This document shows, in pieces, positions 17,882-28,288 of a stretch of 64,000 nt of DNA. A program made the position numbers and the translations under genes. Under the pieces are notes generated by a model. That model searched no databases and had not been told where the DNA came from. It saw only the letters and a program-made list of their open reading frames with translations. The stretch is from an uncultured virus (IMG/VR IMGVR_UViG_3300029911_000018) (taxonomy: Duplodnaviria > Heunggongvirae > Uroviricota > Caudoviricetes), in IMG/VR virus record IMGVR_UViG_3300029911_000018; one strand, 5' to 3'. Position 1 is the first letter of the stretch. The number at the start of each line of letters is the position of its first letter.

Positions 17882-18892
17882 TCATAGTTCACACAACTCC
17901 TTCACAAGGTTCAAAAGTGATTGCTCATCCGGGGGGCAGATGAGCTTGAGCACTTCACTCGGGTCCGTAGCTTCAATGTCGCTCACCTGTTCATCCATCG
18001 CAATGAAAAATTCTTTTATCTCATCTGACTTGGCAACATCTTGCACCGGCTTGTCTACCGCCTTGAACGCAATGTTCAATGGACTTACTGGAACTTCCTT
18101 TTCTTTGTAGCGAACGCCATCAGTAGCAAATGAAAGTATGGTAGCGACCACAGAACGGTCCAACTCGTCATAGTCATAAGCAGCACGAGCAAGTGAACCG
18201 AGATTGACGTGCGTGATGTTACCTACCTCAACGGTTTCATGTCGAGAGTGGTCGTGGCCCCACAACATGTAGTCGTAATCAAGGTGCTTAATTTGGTTAT
18301 ATCCGATGGCTTCACCAAACATTCCACCACCATTTCCCGGTTCTCCATAAGCATGAACAATGGCAATCCTATAAGTGGCCTCTGAAGGGCGCGGACCAGA
18401 CGCTAGAAGTCGCTGTAGGGCTCCCTCTCCGCTGTGTTCATACGGGAAGGTCTCTACCAACACCCTCACTGTCTCATCCTCGTTAACAAACAGTACCGGC
18501 TCATCGTTGAGGTTGTGATAGGCTCCGGCAGCAACAAGGATACCTAACGGTTGATGGGGGAGAGAGTCCATACGGTCGTACAAAATGTCATGATTGCCGA
18601 TAGCCCCATATACTTGTCTCGTTGGAAACTGGCGAAGCTGACGCAGCAGGGCGAAGAGCAGGGGCAATCCATTGGCAGGGGATTTGGGGTTCTTAACGTG
18701 GAATACGTCGCCGCCGCAAAGTCCGATGCCATGTATCTTATGCGTCAAATCGCAAATGAATTTAACCTTGTTGAGGATGGCGCTTTGATAGTCGTCTTGA
18801 CGACGACCGGGAGGTCTAGTGGATGTGTGCCAGTCGGTGCTGTACACAAAGTTCACCTTATCGTGATGTAGTTTTACAGTCTTCACTCGCAA
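17882..18892 (-). CDS. SbcD/Mre11-like nuclease
   Basis: TDWH, GGDVF, GNHD, GHDH, N.GSL.R. Confidence 0.88.
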   Translation of the reverse strand: MRVKTVKLHHDKVNFVYSTDWHTSTRPPGRRQDDYQSAILNKVKFICDLTHKIHGIGLCGGDVFHVKNPKSPANGLPLLFALLRQLRQFPTRQVYGAIGNHDILYDRMDSLPHQPLGILVAAGAYHNLNDEPVLFVNEDETVRVLVETFPYEHSGEGALQRLLASGPRPSEATYRIAIVHAYGEPGNGGGMFGEAIGYNQIKHLDYDYMLWGHDHSRHETVEVGNITHVNLGSLARAAYDYDELDRSVVATILSFATDGVRYKEKEVPVSPLNIAFKAVDKPVQDVAKSDEIKEFFIAMDEQVSDIEATDPSEVLKLICPPDEQSLLNLVKELCEL

Positions 18893-19390
18893 CCTTCAAT
18901 TTCAGTAAATCTTCAAGCAGGGCTCTACGTGCAGCGGTGGCGACCAATTGAATAGCATCGTTCCGAGCTTTCGTATCATGCCCGGTGTTGTTATCTAAAT
19001 AACTCCAGTAGAAAGCGACCACCTGACCCCGAATGTCGAAGCGTACTGCTGAACTACCATAGGTGTATTCATAGTAGTAGCACTTATTCGGGCAATCCTC
19101 AGACTCCTCGGATAGATAGCAATCTTCATAACCACGGAAATCGTTGGTCTTTGAATAACAAACTGGACATTCACTCATTGCTTGAATCCAATCTGTTTAA
19201 GTCTTCGCTGGGCCAGTTCAACCCGTGCCCAAAGCTCTTGTCCCACCGGGCAGATTCCACTCTCATCATCACAAACAGCACAAGAGTCCAAATGGACTTT
19301 CATATCCTCGTAGAGTGATAGAGAATGCTCAACCACCTCTATCTGTCGAGAGGCGGTCATTCTAATGCGGTGGCTCAAGGTGCTCTCCAG

Positions 19391-19807
19391 TTAATCCATG
19401 TCGTACGGCACTGCGTACTCCCCACCTGTCATTGGGTAGATATACTTCAAAGGAAGTTCCAGTTCTTTGGCGAAAGCTATTTCAGCGGTTACACCTTTAG
19501 ACTTATCCCAGCCATCTAGGCACAACACCCAAATTCCATCACAACGAGAAAGCATCGCCTCATCATATTGTTTCCAATACTCCCAATGTCCGGGAAGTTT
19601 ACACAAAGATGCAATCGGGTGCGTGTGACAGATAGGTGAGAAGAAAGACAAATTAGGAAACTTGTTCATCAAATAACCCATGGCCGCAGCAACGTGGATG
19701 TTGCGAATCTCTTCAACAGACCGATCAGGGCTGGAGTAAGGACTGGCGACGTAGATTAGTTTACCCAGTGGTTGTGACAAGTGCCCTCTCCCATTCTCCT
19801 GCTTCAT
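19391..19807 (-). CDS. DUF1937-like protein
   Basis: IYVASPYS..SPI.H.H..DGWDKSKGV.AEI. Confidence 0.8.
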   Translation of the reverse strand: MKQENGRGHLSQPLGKLIYVASPYSSPDRSVEEIRNIHVAAAMGYLMNKFPNLSFFSPICHTHPIASLCKLPGHWEYWKQYDEAMLSRCDGIWVLCLDGWDKSKGVTAEIAFAKELELPLKYIYPMTGGEYAVPYDMD

Positions 19808-20720
19808 TCTTGCGGAACTCGGCTACAAAAGCATCCCCATTTGAACCGTAAAGGCCGATGAGACTTTCACCTTTGTTGTAGTCACAACTGCCACATTGAT
19901 GTTCCAACCTAATGAACAGTTTATGGCCTTGACTGCAACTCATTGTTGACCAAGATGCGTTTGGGTCATGATCGTGATATTTACCTTGCTCATCGTAGTA
20001 ACTCTCATGGCACATACTGTGCATCCCCCAAGAGGAAGGCCAATCCAATCGGCTGACTTTACCCTCTTCAACACAAGCAGGACACCTCATGCTTCAACCT
20101 CCACTGGGTCATAAACCAGCTTGAAGATGCGAGATTTGCAAGTGGTTATCGTACCCTTGTCTTCGTCATAGATGAGGTAGTCATCAGGTTCGGCTGTGTG
20201 CTCAAACCCATCCTTATCTCTGACTTTCCAAAGAGCGTAGTCACGGTCGTCACCAAAGGGGTACTCTGAGCAACGCTTCTTGAAGCCATTCAGGAGTTTC
20301 AGTGAAAGGAGGGCCATCAAAGCCGGACGGACCCCAGTCGGGAGCAAGTATCTGAACTGCATCAACGACTATGTTCCTTTTCTTGTACTTCATCAGTCAT
20401 CCTTCCACTTAGGTACGCTCTGGCTCTCAAGTACAGCCGGTGACTCATCTGTCCATTTAATACCACGCATTCGGAGAACCTTAGCTCTGAATGCATCTCG
20501 TTCTTCTACGCTTTGAAACCAGAGGTGGAGTCCGGGTTGGCCTCCGCCAATTGTGCCTCGACCATTACATGTGCGGCAGGTTTGTTTGGCGAAGGTTCTA
20601 TCCCACCCATCTTCATAGGTTTCGTAGGTGGCAGTGCCACGGCCTCCACACTCTGTGCATCCCTGCTTAGTGCGACGACGGATGTTCTTCACCGCTTGTT
20701 CCAGTGTGTTTCTTAATCCA

Positions 20721-20930
20721 CTACCCTTGATTATTTCCAACGACATGTGTGAACCTCGGTACTTTCACACCATCCCCCACTTCCTCAAGAAAAACAGAAA
20801 GGGGACGGACCCAAATACTTCCGTGTTCGGTGTACACTACAACCTTTTCTCCGGTCTCGGTGTGTTCTCCCACACCGAGTACCGAACAGACCTTACCTTT
20901 GTAATGCAGGTATACTCCGGGCTCTACCAT
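20721..20930 (-). CDS. DUF1653-like protein
   Basis: G.YLHYKG..HTETGE..VVY..WVRP...F.E....RF. Confidence 0.85.
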   Translation of the reverse strand: MVEPGVYLHYKGKVCSVLGVGEHTETGEKVVVYTEHGSIWVRPLSVFLEEVGDGVKVPRFTHVVGNNQG

Positions 20931-21397
20931 TACTCAGACGCTGCAATCTTGACCTTGGCCGATTCCTGCCAACCTTCGTCAGATGACTTAGCGGCTTTAG
21001 CCGACGTGTCGATGACCTTATTCTCATCGCCACTAACCTTGGCCGAAACGTCGATGCCCTTGGCCTTTTCGACCTTGTTCTTCACATTGGCAACGAACGT
21101 CTCAATCTTCGACTCGACCGCAGCCTCCGTCTTTTCAATAGTGGTCTTGATTTCGGTAGTTGTCGCCTTGATCGTGGGCACTGCCTGAGCCTCAGCCTTC
21201 AATAAATTGGCGGTAACCTCGGCGATGAGAGCAGCAGCGTGGGACTTCAATTGCTGTTTGATGTCCACATACTCTCTCGCCAATTCCTCGTACTCAAAAT
21301 TGATGGTTGTGAGCACGACGTTGTTGTGGATGAGGGTGACATCAAACTTACCCTCTACGGTTTTTACATACTTAATTTCTGTGAATTCCACTGCCAT
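20930..21397 (-). CDS. hypothetical protein
   Basis: Coupled ORF with GGAG RBS. Confidence 0.65.
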   Translation of the reverse strand: MAVEFTEIKYVKTVEGKFDVTLIHNNVVLTTINFEYEELAREYVDIKQQLKSHAAALIAEVTANLLKAEAQAVPTIKATTTEIKTTIEKTEAAVESKIETFVANVKNKVEKAKGIDVSAKVSGDENKVIDTSAKAAKSSDEGWQESAKVKIAASE

Positions 21398-21697
21398 TTA
21401 GTTCTCCTGTAATTCGTTGTATTTCTTCATTAGGTCTTCACCCTCCACCAACTTACCTTCAATGGCGGTGAGTTCTTTTTCGAGTTGAGCCTTGAAGGAT
21501 GACTCCAACGTCCTCAACTCTTTGACAGTCATACCCTCCGGGTTTTCAACCCCGGACTCTTTGAGATTGCTATACGCTTGTTTGAGCCTTTGCTCTTCTA
21601 CACGAGCGTCACCGATGATCTTTTCGCGGTTAACACTCAAGGTCTTTACCTTGGCCTGTGCCGCACGCAGCCTATCTTGAACAGATTGTTCTGACAT
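21398..21697 (-). CDS. coiled-coil protein
   Basis: Heptad-rich 99-aa ORF. Confidence 0.65.
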   Translation of the reverse strand: MSEQSVQDRLRAAQAKVKTLSVNREKIIGDARVEEQRLKQAYSNLKESGVENPEGMTVKELRTLESSFKAQLEKELTAIEGKLVEGEDLMKKYNELQEN

Positions 21698-21872
21698 CTT
21701 TACTCCCTTATCTCAGCGTAATCAACACGGTGCCATGGAATAAACACTATGCCGTTTTCAGTCCAATACCCTCCAGCCTTCCTGAAGCCTTCTATCACAA
21801 ACTGGGCGTGCTGCTTACTGGGCTCTTCTGACTCATAGTTATAATCGCCGTCCCGCGTTCTGATGAAAACTG

Positions 21873-23102
21873 TTACTGACATACATGCTCCAATCCCTTG
21901 CCACATTTAGGACAAGTACCCGGCTTAACCTTTGGTAGCTTTCTCTCCGCTTCTTCCACTGCGAAAGCCTGTCGTAAAGTATCTAACTCGGCTTCCGCGA
22001 TTTCAAGCTGAGAATCGTAATCCTTGAGTTGATCAGCAAGTTCCTGATGAGCCTGATAAGCTTCAATGGCGACCGCTAAATATGAAATACTGCCATTCAA
22101 GGTTTTTACTTCGGTCAATTGTGAGTCAGTTTGTTCAATGATCGAAGTCAGTCGGTCGGAGTATTCTGTGCGCTGGAAACCGAACTTATCCAGAAGAGTG
22201 AGCAGTTCACACACTCCTTTATCCCTCTTGTAGATAATCAACACTTCTGCCCATGAAGCAGCCGTGGCATCAATAGCAGCTTCAAGCTTACGGAGGAATC
22301 GAGATACCGATAAGGATTGGCTGGCGGTCTCCAGATTTTCGGCGACCTGAAGTAAAGTATCCGCTTTAGTTAGGTTGGGTAAGGTAAGGGTATTCAGGAT
22401 CGTCTGTAGAGGCTGTAGACGCGCCTGATGGTAAAGAACCGACCCCAACTGCCCTACAAGCACCTCACGGGCTCTGATGTCCCTTTCCAAGGCAAGAACC
22501 GCGTCTGCAATAACTGTCGCACTGCCTGTGATTTCGAGTAAGGAGGCGCTTCGCTCCTCAGCTAAACGAATCTCAGAGGCCAGTGTGTTAGCCTCACTCT
22601 TCCGTTGAGTGATACGGAGGTTGGCTTCCTTCTTCCCGGCGTCCAACTTTTCCGTGCTGGAGAAGGCCCCAAGGACGGCGTTTATTTCTTGTGGTTTCCA
22701 ACGGTCAGAGTCGATCAGAAATTGGGCTTTGTTTTGATGAGCAAAAATAGGATCAATGCTATAGTCCCCTATCTTCATCTCACCGAACTTCAGCTTTTCA
22801 ATCTCCTCCGGTACCTTACCCCCAAGACTACTGTAGGTTTTTCCATCGAGGATGTATTTAGTCGAACCCTTTCGTTTACGGGACGCCTTGATGTTATGCC
22901 CGTCAACCTCAAGTTCTATTTCAAGTGGTTCTTCCTGATTGTTCCGTATAAAATCCTCAGGGATGTCATTACGAAGAACCCCCTTGAGGGCACGAAACAA
23001 AGAAGACTTGCCCCTGTTTGAGGGGCCGACCAAGACAGTCAGCCCCTCAATGTTCAAAGTCGCATCCGCCCACGGTTGAAAATTCTTGACACTAAGTCGC
23101 AT
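21873..23102 (-). CDS. SbcC/Rad50-like ATPase, N-terminal half
   Basis: KNFQ..GPSNRGKSS, coiled coil, terminal CPKCG zinc hook. Confidence 0.85.
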   Translation of the reverse strand: MRLSVKNFQPWADATLNIEGLTVLVGPSNRGKSSLFRALKGVLRNDIPEDFIRNNQEEPLEIELEVDGHNIKASRKRKGSTKYILDGKTYSSLGGKVPEEIEKLKFGEMKIGDYSIDPIFAHQNKAQFLIDSDRWKPQEINAVLGAFSSTEKLDAGKKEANLRITQRKSEANTLASEIRLAEERSASLLEITGSATVIADAVLALERDIRAREVLVGQLGSVLYHQARLQPLQTILNTLTLPNLTKADTLLQVAENLETASQSLSVSRFLRKLEAAIDATAASWAEVLIIYKRDKGVCELLTLLDKFGFQRTEYSDRLTSIIEQTDSQLTEVKTLNGSISYLAVAIEAYQAHQELADQLKDYDSQLEIAEAELDTLRQAFAVEEAERKLPKVKPGTCPKCGKGLEHVCQ

Positions 23103-24367
23103 CAGGCCAACTCATCATCTTCTTCCGGGTTGAAGCTGATTGTTTGCTTGCTCTCATCAAGGAAGTCCATCTCCTCAGAAGAGACCTCAGCAACAAACAT
23201 ATCCAGCTTGTCATCCACCGATTCATAAACCAGTGACCGCAGCTTGGCAATGACATCCGGGTCACGCTTCACAACGAGGGCTTCGAGGGCTTCCGCCTTG
23301 TTGGCGTATTGAGCGAAAGAGTCTTCCTTCGACTTACCAACATACCAACGCGCTCCCGAGTTTGTGATGTAACCGAATTGACGAGAGAGTTCAAGAATGT
23401 TGACACTCTCATCAATACCCTTGCCGGGTCGGATGTAAATGTTGCCCTTACGGAATCCAGCACCTGTAACCTTGTTTTTCAAAGTACGGACACGCACCTT
23501 GTTGATGGTTGGATCAGGCTTAGTTCCGGGGGCAGCAAGGTCAACGATGAAAAGGTCATCCGTTTCCATCTTCGCCATTTCCATTGGAGCCATGGCCTTC
23601 TCCAAAGTGAGTTCCAACATAACCGAAGGCATAAAGCGGCACATACGACCACCGGGCAGTGTGTAGATGCGATTCACGTAGTCATACTTGGTCGCATACT
23701 GGGCCTCACGGCTATTGTCGATACGGTCGCGTGTCTGGTTGACCATGAGAAGCGCGGCATCGTATTCCTGCAAGTAAGGGCGGAGAGTTTTATAGAAAAG
23801 ACTCATTGCCTTGGCATTTCCGCCGTAGTTGGCCTTGGCGAACTTACCGCTCTTGATGTCCTTCTCTTCAATCTTGGTATCCATGAAAGGGATGGAGTCA
23901 TTGACGAACAGCCTAACACCCATCTTCATGAGGCGGATGTGCTCCCACACGGCAGTCTGAACACTGCTGGGGTACATCAGGAAGCAGAAGTCCATGTCAA
24001 CGCCGAGCTTGCGGAGGTAGTCAGGAGTTGTGGTTGGCTCATAAGCAAAAAACCCAACCGGCTCACTCGTCTGCTTCTGATATTCAGCGACCATTGAGAT
24101 TGTGGTGGTTGACTTGCCAGCGCCTTCATCACCATGAATCTGCGTAACAGTTCCGTGGTGAGCCATCCCCTTCAGGCCAAGCACCCGGTCGAAGGTGATG
24201 TGGTTATAGGGTACGAGAGCCTCTTGAAAATCTGATTCGATAATTTGATAGTTTGCTGCGGTGTCCTTGCGACCTATGGAGAAGGCAGCACGGCGTTGTT
24301 CAGGTGTCCAGTCACGGGCGTGTCCGCTGGGCGCAGACGTAGATGATACTTGCTTTTTGGGCGGCAT
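23102..24367 (-). CDS. recA: RecA/UvsX-like recombinase
   Basis: GDEGAGKST, VNQTRD, PGG, KNKV, GARWY. Confidence 0.9.
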   Translation of the reverse strand: MPPKKQVSSTSAPSGHARDWTPEQRRAAFSIGRKDTAANYQIIESDFQEALVPYNHITFDRVLGLKGMAHHGTVTQIHGDEGAGKSTTTISMVAEYQKQTSEPVGFFAYEPTTTPDYLRKLGVDMDFCFLMYPSSVQTAVWEHIRLMKMGVRLFVNDSIPFMDTKIEEKDIKSGKFAKANYGGNAKAMSLFYKTLRPYLQEYDAALLMVNQTRDRIDNSREAQYATKYDYVNRIYTLPGGRMCRFMPSVMLELTLEKAMAPMEMAKMETDDLFIVDLAAPGTKPDPTINKVRVRTLKNKVTGAGFRKGNIYIRPGKGIDESVNILELSRQFGYITNSGARWYVGKSKEDSFAQYANKAEALEALVVKRDPDVIAKLRSLVYESVDDKLDMFVAEVSSEEMDFLDESKQTISFNPEEDDELA

Positions 24368-24380
24368 TTGTTTCCTCCGG

Positions 24381-25310
24381 TTAAATCGAGTACCCGATTC
24401 GCTCCAATTTGTTAGTATGACGCGATGCGTCGTTAACGATGAGCGTGTAGGTTTTTCGTGTATACGAGTAGAAATACTCTCGCCTATGTAGGAGTCCTTT
24501 AGTGATGATTTTGGCGTTCCTGCCCTTACCCTTCATCTCCTGATTGGCGTTACATAGAGACACCAAAAACTTCTCTGGTACCTCCTCAGGATGACCTAAA
24601 AGAATTGAGGTTGTATGCCGAGCCATCATAGAGAGAAGAACAGCATCGCAAGCGTCAGTATCCAATTTTGGGTATGTTGCCTTGTCAATGTATTCATACG
24701 CCTTATTGATGTTCTCAGCTTTGTTCTTCGCGCCGGTTTTAGTAAGGTTCATTAAAGACCGGAGCGTGGCTGCATTAGTGGTTAATACTCTAACTGTAGT
24801 GAACCTCGCCCACAGATTTGTCTCGAAAAACACCAAGTGCAGGATGCGGTTCAACGCCACTAGAAAGTCGTTCATGGGCGTTGGGTACTCCATGCTGATG
24901 ATGAGCCCTAAAGCTGGCGTTCTATTAACATAGCTGACACCGTTTTTTTCAACAACCCCCTGATTCCACGCTGTGGGGTCATTACCCATGATGTCTGTTG
25001 AAGCTTTGTCAATTAGGTCTCTAAGGTAGAGAGACATCATCTTCCCTCGAAGCCAGATAGGATCAGCGGAGGACTCAGGCTTGACGGAGCCAGCCAGCCT
25101 CCAAACAGCATGAGTCGTACCGTCTGCGCTTGGCTTAACTTGCATCAAAGCAAACCCGGTACGACTCATGGATGGATCAAGGCCGAGCACTAACCATTGT
25201 TGTACTTCTGGTAATGGGTCGGGGAGGGTGATTGGTGGTGCATTTTTAGCTTTTGTTGTCACACTACTTAATACTTGCTTTTGGCTCTTTCTTGTTCGCA
25301 GTATCATCAA
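24381..25310 (-). CDS. RuvC-like Holliday junction resolvase
   Basis: LGLDPSMSRTGFA..E..D.CDAV; next to recA. Confidence 0.75.
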   Translation of the reverse strand: MMILRTRKSQKQVLSSVTTKAKNAPPITLPDPLPEVQQWLVLGLDPSMSRTGFALMQVKPSADGTTHAVWRLAGSVKPESSADPIWLRGKMMSLYLRDLIDKASTDIMGNDPTAWNQGVVEKNGVSYVNRTPALGLIISMEYPTPMNDFLVALNRILHLVFFETNLWARFTTVRVLTTNAATLRSLMNLTKTGAKNKAENINKAYEYIDKATYPKLDTDACDAVLLSMMARHTTSILLGHPEEVPEKFLVSLCNANQEMKGKGRNAKIITKGLLHRREYFYSYTRKTYTLIVNDASRHTNKLERIGYSI

Positions 25311-26016
25311 GTAGTTTCTTTAACCGACTAACTGGAACGGCTACCTGCATCTGCCCTAAATCACCCGCATACACACCTACTGTAAAGGCACATATTTTCT
25401 GAGATGACTCACATATAACAGAAGCGCCTGAAGAGCCCCCGAGGACACCGGGAAGTTGAAGGATAACATCTCCTGTCCAATCTAGCTTACTTTCTTTATC
25501 GTGAATGGTGCGGTCAAGTTTACTCAAAGCGACGTATCCATGGAGTATCTGTTTACCCATACCTGCCGGGGACTCCACACTGACAATGGGTTCTCCACTA
25601 AGTGGATCATCCCCTAAATCTACAATTTCGAAGTGCGTCTTTGTTCTTACAAAAAGCAAGCACACGTCATCCCCCATTTCCTCTGAACCGCAACTAGAAC
25701 TCAAGGAACGAACGAACACCTTGTCTGTTCCAACCTCATCCAGAGATATAAAGGGTTGATGTTTATCATTGATGCAATGAGCCGCCGTGGCAAATATGTA
25801 AGCTTCCTGCTTGGGGTTGTAACCAATTGAGGTCGCTGTACAGGCAAACCTCATGCTGCCGTCGTCTTCTTGATGGAAAAGCAGCACAGTGGCTGGGTAT
25901 AGGGTGTTTTTAACGTAGTCTAACGTGGATGGTTTAGGTGTCGGAGATTGGGCGTACGTAAGTTGTCCCAACAACAAGGTTCCGAGCACAGAGACAGCGA
26001 TAGTCAGGGTTCTCAT
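25264..26016 (-). CDS. secreted trypsin-like serine protease
   Basis: Signal peptide, TAAHC, D, GGSSGA. Confidence 0.85.
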   Translation of the reverse strand: MRTLTIAVSVLGTLLLGQLTYAQSPTPKPSTLDYVKNTLYPATVLLFHQEDDGSMRFACTATSIGYNPKQEAYIFATAAHCINDKHQPFISLDEVGTDKVFVRSLSSSCGSEEMGDDVCLLFVRTKTHFEIVDLGDDPLSGEPIVSVESPAGMGKQILHGYVALSKLDRTIHDKESKLDWTGDVILQLPGVLGGSSGASVICESSQKICAFTVGVYAGDLGQMQVAVPVSRLKKLLDDTANKKEPKASIK

Positions 26017-26094
26017 ATAAGACCTCGGGGCATAGATTAGACTTTCACCCTTTGACTATGCGGTACCAAGTGTTAATTTTCGTTGACTTACAGT

Positions 26095-26874
26095 TTAGTA
26101 AACCCCAGCAGGAATCTCGATTTGAGTTATAGAGAACCCAGCTTCCTTAACCAGAGCTTCTTCCTCTTCAAGCCGGTTTGCCTTTATCTTCTTCATCCAG
26201 AACTTGATGCTACTGTTTTCCTTATCCTTGTACCAGAAATACCCGTTGTCCTTACCCCATTGATTCTTTTCAAATGGAATGGTCAGGCGGATACCTATTG
26301 TGGGGGTCTTAGCATAAGCGAGGACTTCCTCAATCGGGTACTTATCAAGTATGGTGAGCGTGGTCATAACATCGGCGAGAGCCTGATGAGGGAATGGATT
26401 GAGGAACCCATGATACGCCGCGAGACAGGTAAGTTGACGACTCCATCTCTTGTTGGGATACTCAATGTCGGTCAGAGTATCAATCCAGAACTTATCTTCA
26501 TCGAAATCTAAGCCACAGGATTTTATCCATGCAAGCAGGAAGGGCCGGTCGCATGTATTTCCATTATGAGCCACAATAACATCGGCCTGTTCATACATGT
26601 AAAGAAGCTGACGAAGTGCCTTGGTTGATTCCTTACCATACTTGGCAATTAACTCCAAAGGCAGCTTGGTGGCCTTCATCGCCTCTTCTTCAAAGGGAGC
26701 GCCCTCGGGGACTTGCACAAGGTATCCCATGGACAAAACGGCACGGTGGTTGTCGGTGTCCCAAAGCTGAGCACCAACCTCGCAGATGGCATGAACCTTT
26801 GGGTCCAATCCAAGGGTTTCAAAATCTAACCCCAAAACAAGCATACTCATTCTCCAACATTTCAGTCGTCTCAT
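26095..26874 (-). CDS. DnaQ-like DEDDh 3'-5' exonuclease
   Basis: DFET.G, AHN...D, HQALAD. Confidence 0.9.
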   Translation of the reverse strand: MRRLKCWRMSMLVLGLDFETLGLDPKVHAICEVGAQLWDTDNHRAVLSMGYLVQVPEGAPFEEEAMKATKLPLELIAKYGKESTKALRQLLYMYEQADVIVAHNGNTCDRPFLLAWIKSCGLDFDEDKFWIDTLTDIEYPNKRWSRQLTCLAAYHGFLNPFPHQALADVMTTLTILDKYPIEEVLAYAKTPTIGIRLTIPFEKNQWGKDNGYFWYKDKENSSIKFWMKKIKANRLEEEEALVKEAGFSITQIEIPAGVY

Positions 26875-26970
26875 TGCTAATACACCGTTTTAATTACAAT
26901 TGGAACCTGATGGCATAAATAAAGCCCCCTTGGTAGGGGGCTCATAGGGTTGTGTGTTTCAACATTTAGT

Positions 26971-27681
26971 TCAAATATCAATACCGGGCATTTTAGACTG
27001 AGCGTTCGAGCCCGGTTTAAACACCGCTTTGATGACTTCAGCGGTGTGCATCCAAACACCCTCTGGAAGTTCGGACTGACTGAACCACAACCACTCATCG
27101 AACTTTTCTTTCTCGCTCTCCGGGACATGCAAGTCTTCAGGGTTCACAGCAGTTCCGACATAGAACAGATTGATAAAATGCTTACCTTGCTCCGGGAACC
27201 AGTCGTTTGAAACTTTACCTGTGAACCACACATCCCTGAGTTGTAGGAAAGTCTCCTCCGCAACCTCACGCATGGCGGCGATAAGAGGAGCCTCACCAAA
27301 GTCTACCTTACCTCCGGGAAGGGAGTATTGCCCTGTGCCGAGAGGCCCTTTGCGCTTACCGAGAAGGACACGCTCCTCCTTGTCGAAGATGATGACACTA
27401 ACGGCCACACCGGGGTAAGCCATGGGACGGACGGGGTGGTACTCGGACATCAACTCTTTCAAATCTACTTTGCAGTCAGGGCAGTAGTAGTCGATGCCGG
27501 GTGCCAGCACTTCAACCTGACCACACTTTGGGCACCGGGGGGCTATTTCGCACCCGTTGAGACAGAAGGGCTCAAGGTTTGCGTAGCTTAGCACGCTTCC
27601 GCACTTCTCGCACGGGTACAGGTGCAGCAAGGGTAACACTGACCTGTGAACTAGGCTCAATTTTTGGCTGTTCGGCTTCAC
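26971..27681 (-). CDS. Nudix hydrolase (possible N-terminal Zn ribbon)
   Basis: PGGKVDFGE....AAMREVAEET. Confidence 0.9.
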   Translation of the reverse strand: MKPNSQKLSLVHRSVLPLLHLYPCEKCGSVLSYANLEPFCLNGCEIAPRCPKCGQVEVLAPGIDYYCPDCKVDLKELMSEYHPVRPMAYPGVAVSVIIFDKEERVLLGKRKGPLGTGQYSLPGGKVDFGEAPLIAAMREVAEETFLQLRDVWFTGKVSNDWFPEQGKHFINLFYVGTAVNPEDLHVPESEKEKFDEWLWFSQSELPEGVWMHTAEVIKAVFKPGSNAQSKMPGIDI

Positions 27682-28006
27682 GTTTCTTTTCCTCCCGCTC
27701 TCGTTGCTGCCGCTCCTGTTTTAGTGTCCTACCCTTCTCGGTTAGAAGTGGAAGAGGCCCTTTTCCGGTCTCTGTACTACCAGCGGCTATATCTACTATA
27801 TCACAGGCATCCAAAGTATCCATCAGGCGCACCGCGTCCACGTATCTGATGTGGAACTCCTTCTGCAACTCAAAGCACGAGGCGTGCTTCTGTTTCCTCA
27901 CAAACGCGAGTACCTGAGCGTAGTGTTGTTCGAACTGTAAGTCGTCCATTTTGAGTACCTGAGCGTAGTGTTGTTCGAACTGTAAGTCGTCCATTTTTAC
28001 ATCCAC
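27572..28006 (-). CDS. FtsK gamma-domain-like protein
   Basis: Y.QVLAFV...AS..LQ..F.I.Y..A.RLMD.L...IV. Confidence 0.65.
   Translation of the reverse strand: MDVKMDDLQFEQHYAQVLKMDDLQFEQHYAQVLAFVRKQKHASCFELQKEFHIRYVDAVRLMDTLDACDIVDIAAGSTETGKGPLPLLTEKGRTLKQERQQREREEKKREAEQPKIEPSSQVSVTLAAPVPVREVRKRAKLRKP
27908..27997. repeat. perfect 45-bp tandem duplication
   Basis: GAGTACCTGAGCG..GTCCATTTT x2. Confidence 0.97.
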
Positions 28007-28244
28007 ATCCTTTAGTGTTACCGCTCCGTAGGTTGTCTCCAGATGCTATAAACTGATTCCCGCAATGGCATTGACACTCTTTATAGTTTGGATACTTCCT
28101 CATCGCATTGAACAAGTAGGATGAACCAGTTTTTTGAGTGCGAGAATAGTAAAACTTCTTCTGAAGATATTGCTGAAGGTTGACCCCTTTGTGCTGACCG
28201 ATGTAAATCTTTCCTGTGACCTTGTTTGTTATGACATAAAAAAT
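27998..28244 (-). pseudogene. degenerate GIY-YIG homing endonuclease
   Basis: IFYVITNKVTGKIYIGQ..LFNAMRKY fused to C.CG..NLRSGNTKGCGC; ATT start in an RBS hairpin. Confidence 0.75.
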
Positions 28245-28288
28245 GGACTCCTTATTTTAAGGAGTCCATGAGTTGTGAAATTTTCTGA

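Noticed and set aside
23309..24097. 262-aa plus-strand ORF
   Set aside because: Antisense to recA
27908..27997. Possible CRISPR array
   Set aside because: Two adjacent copies with no spacer; simple tandem duplication
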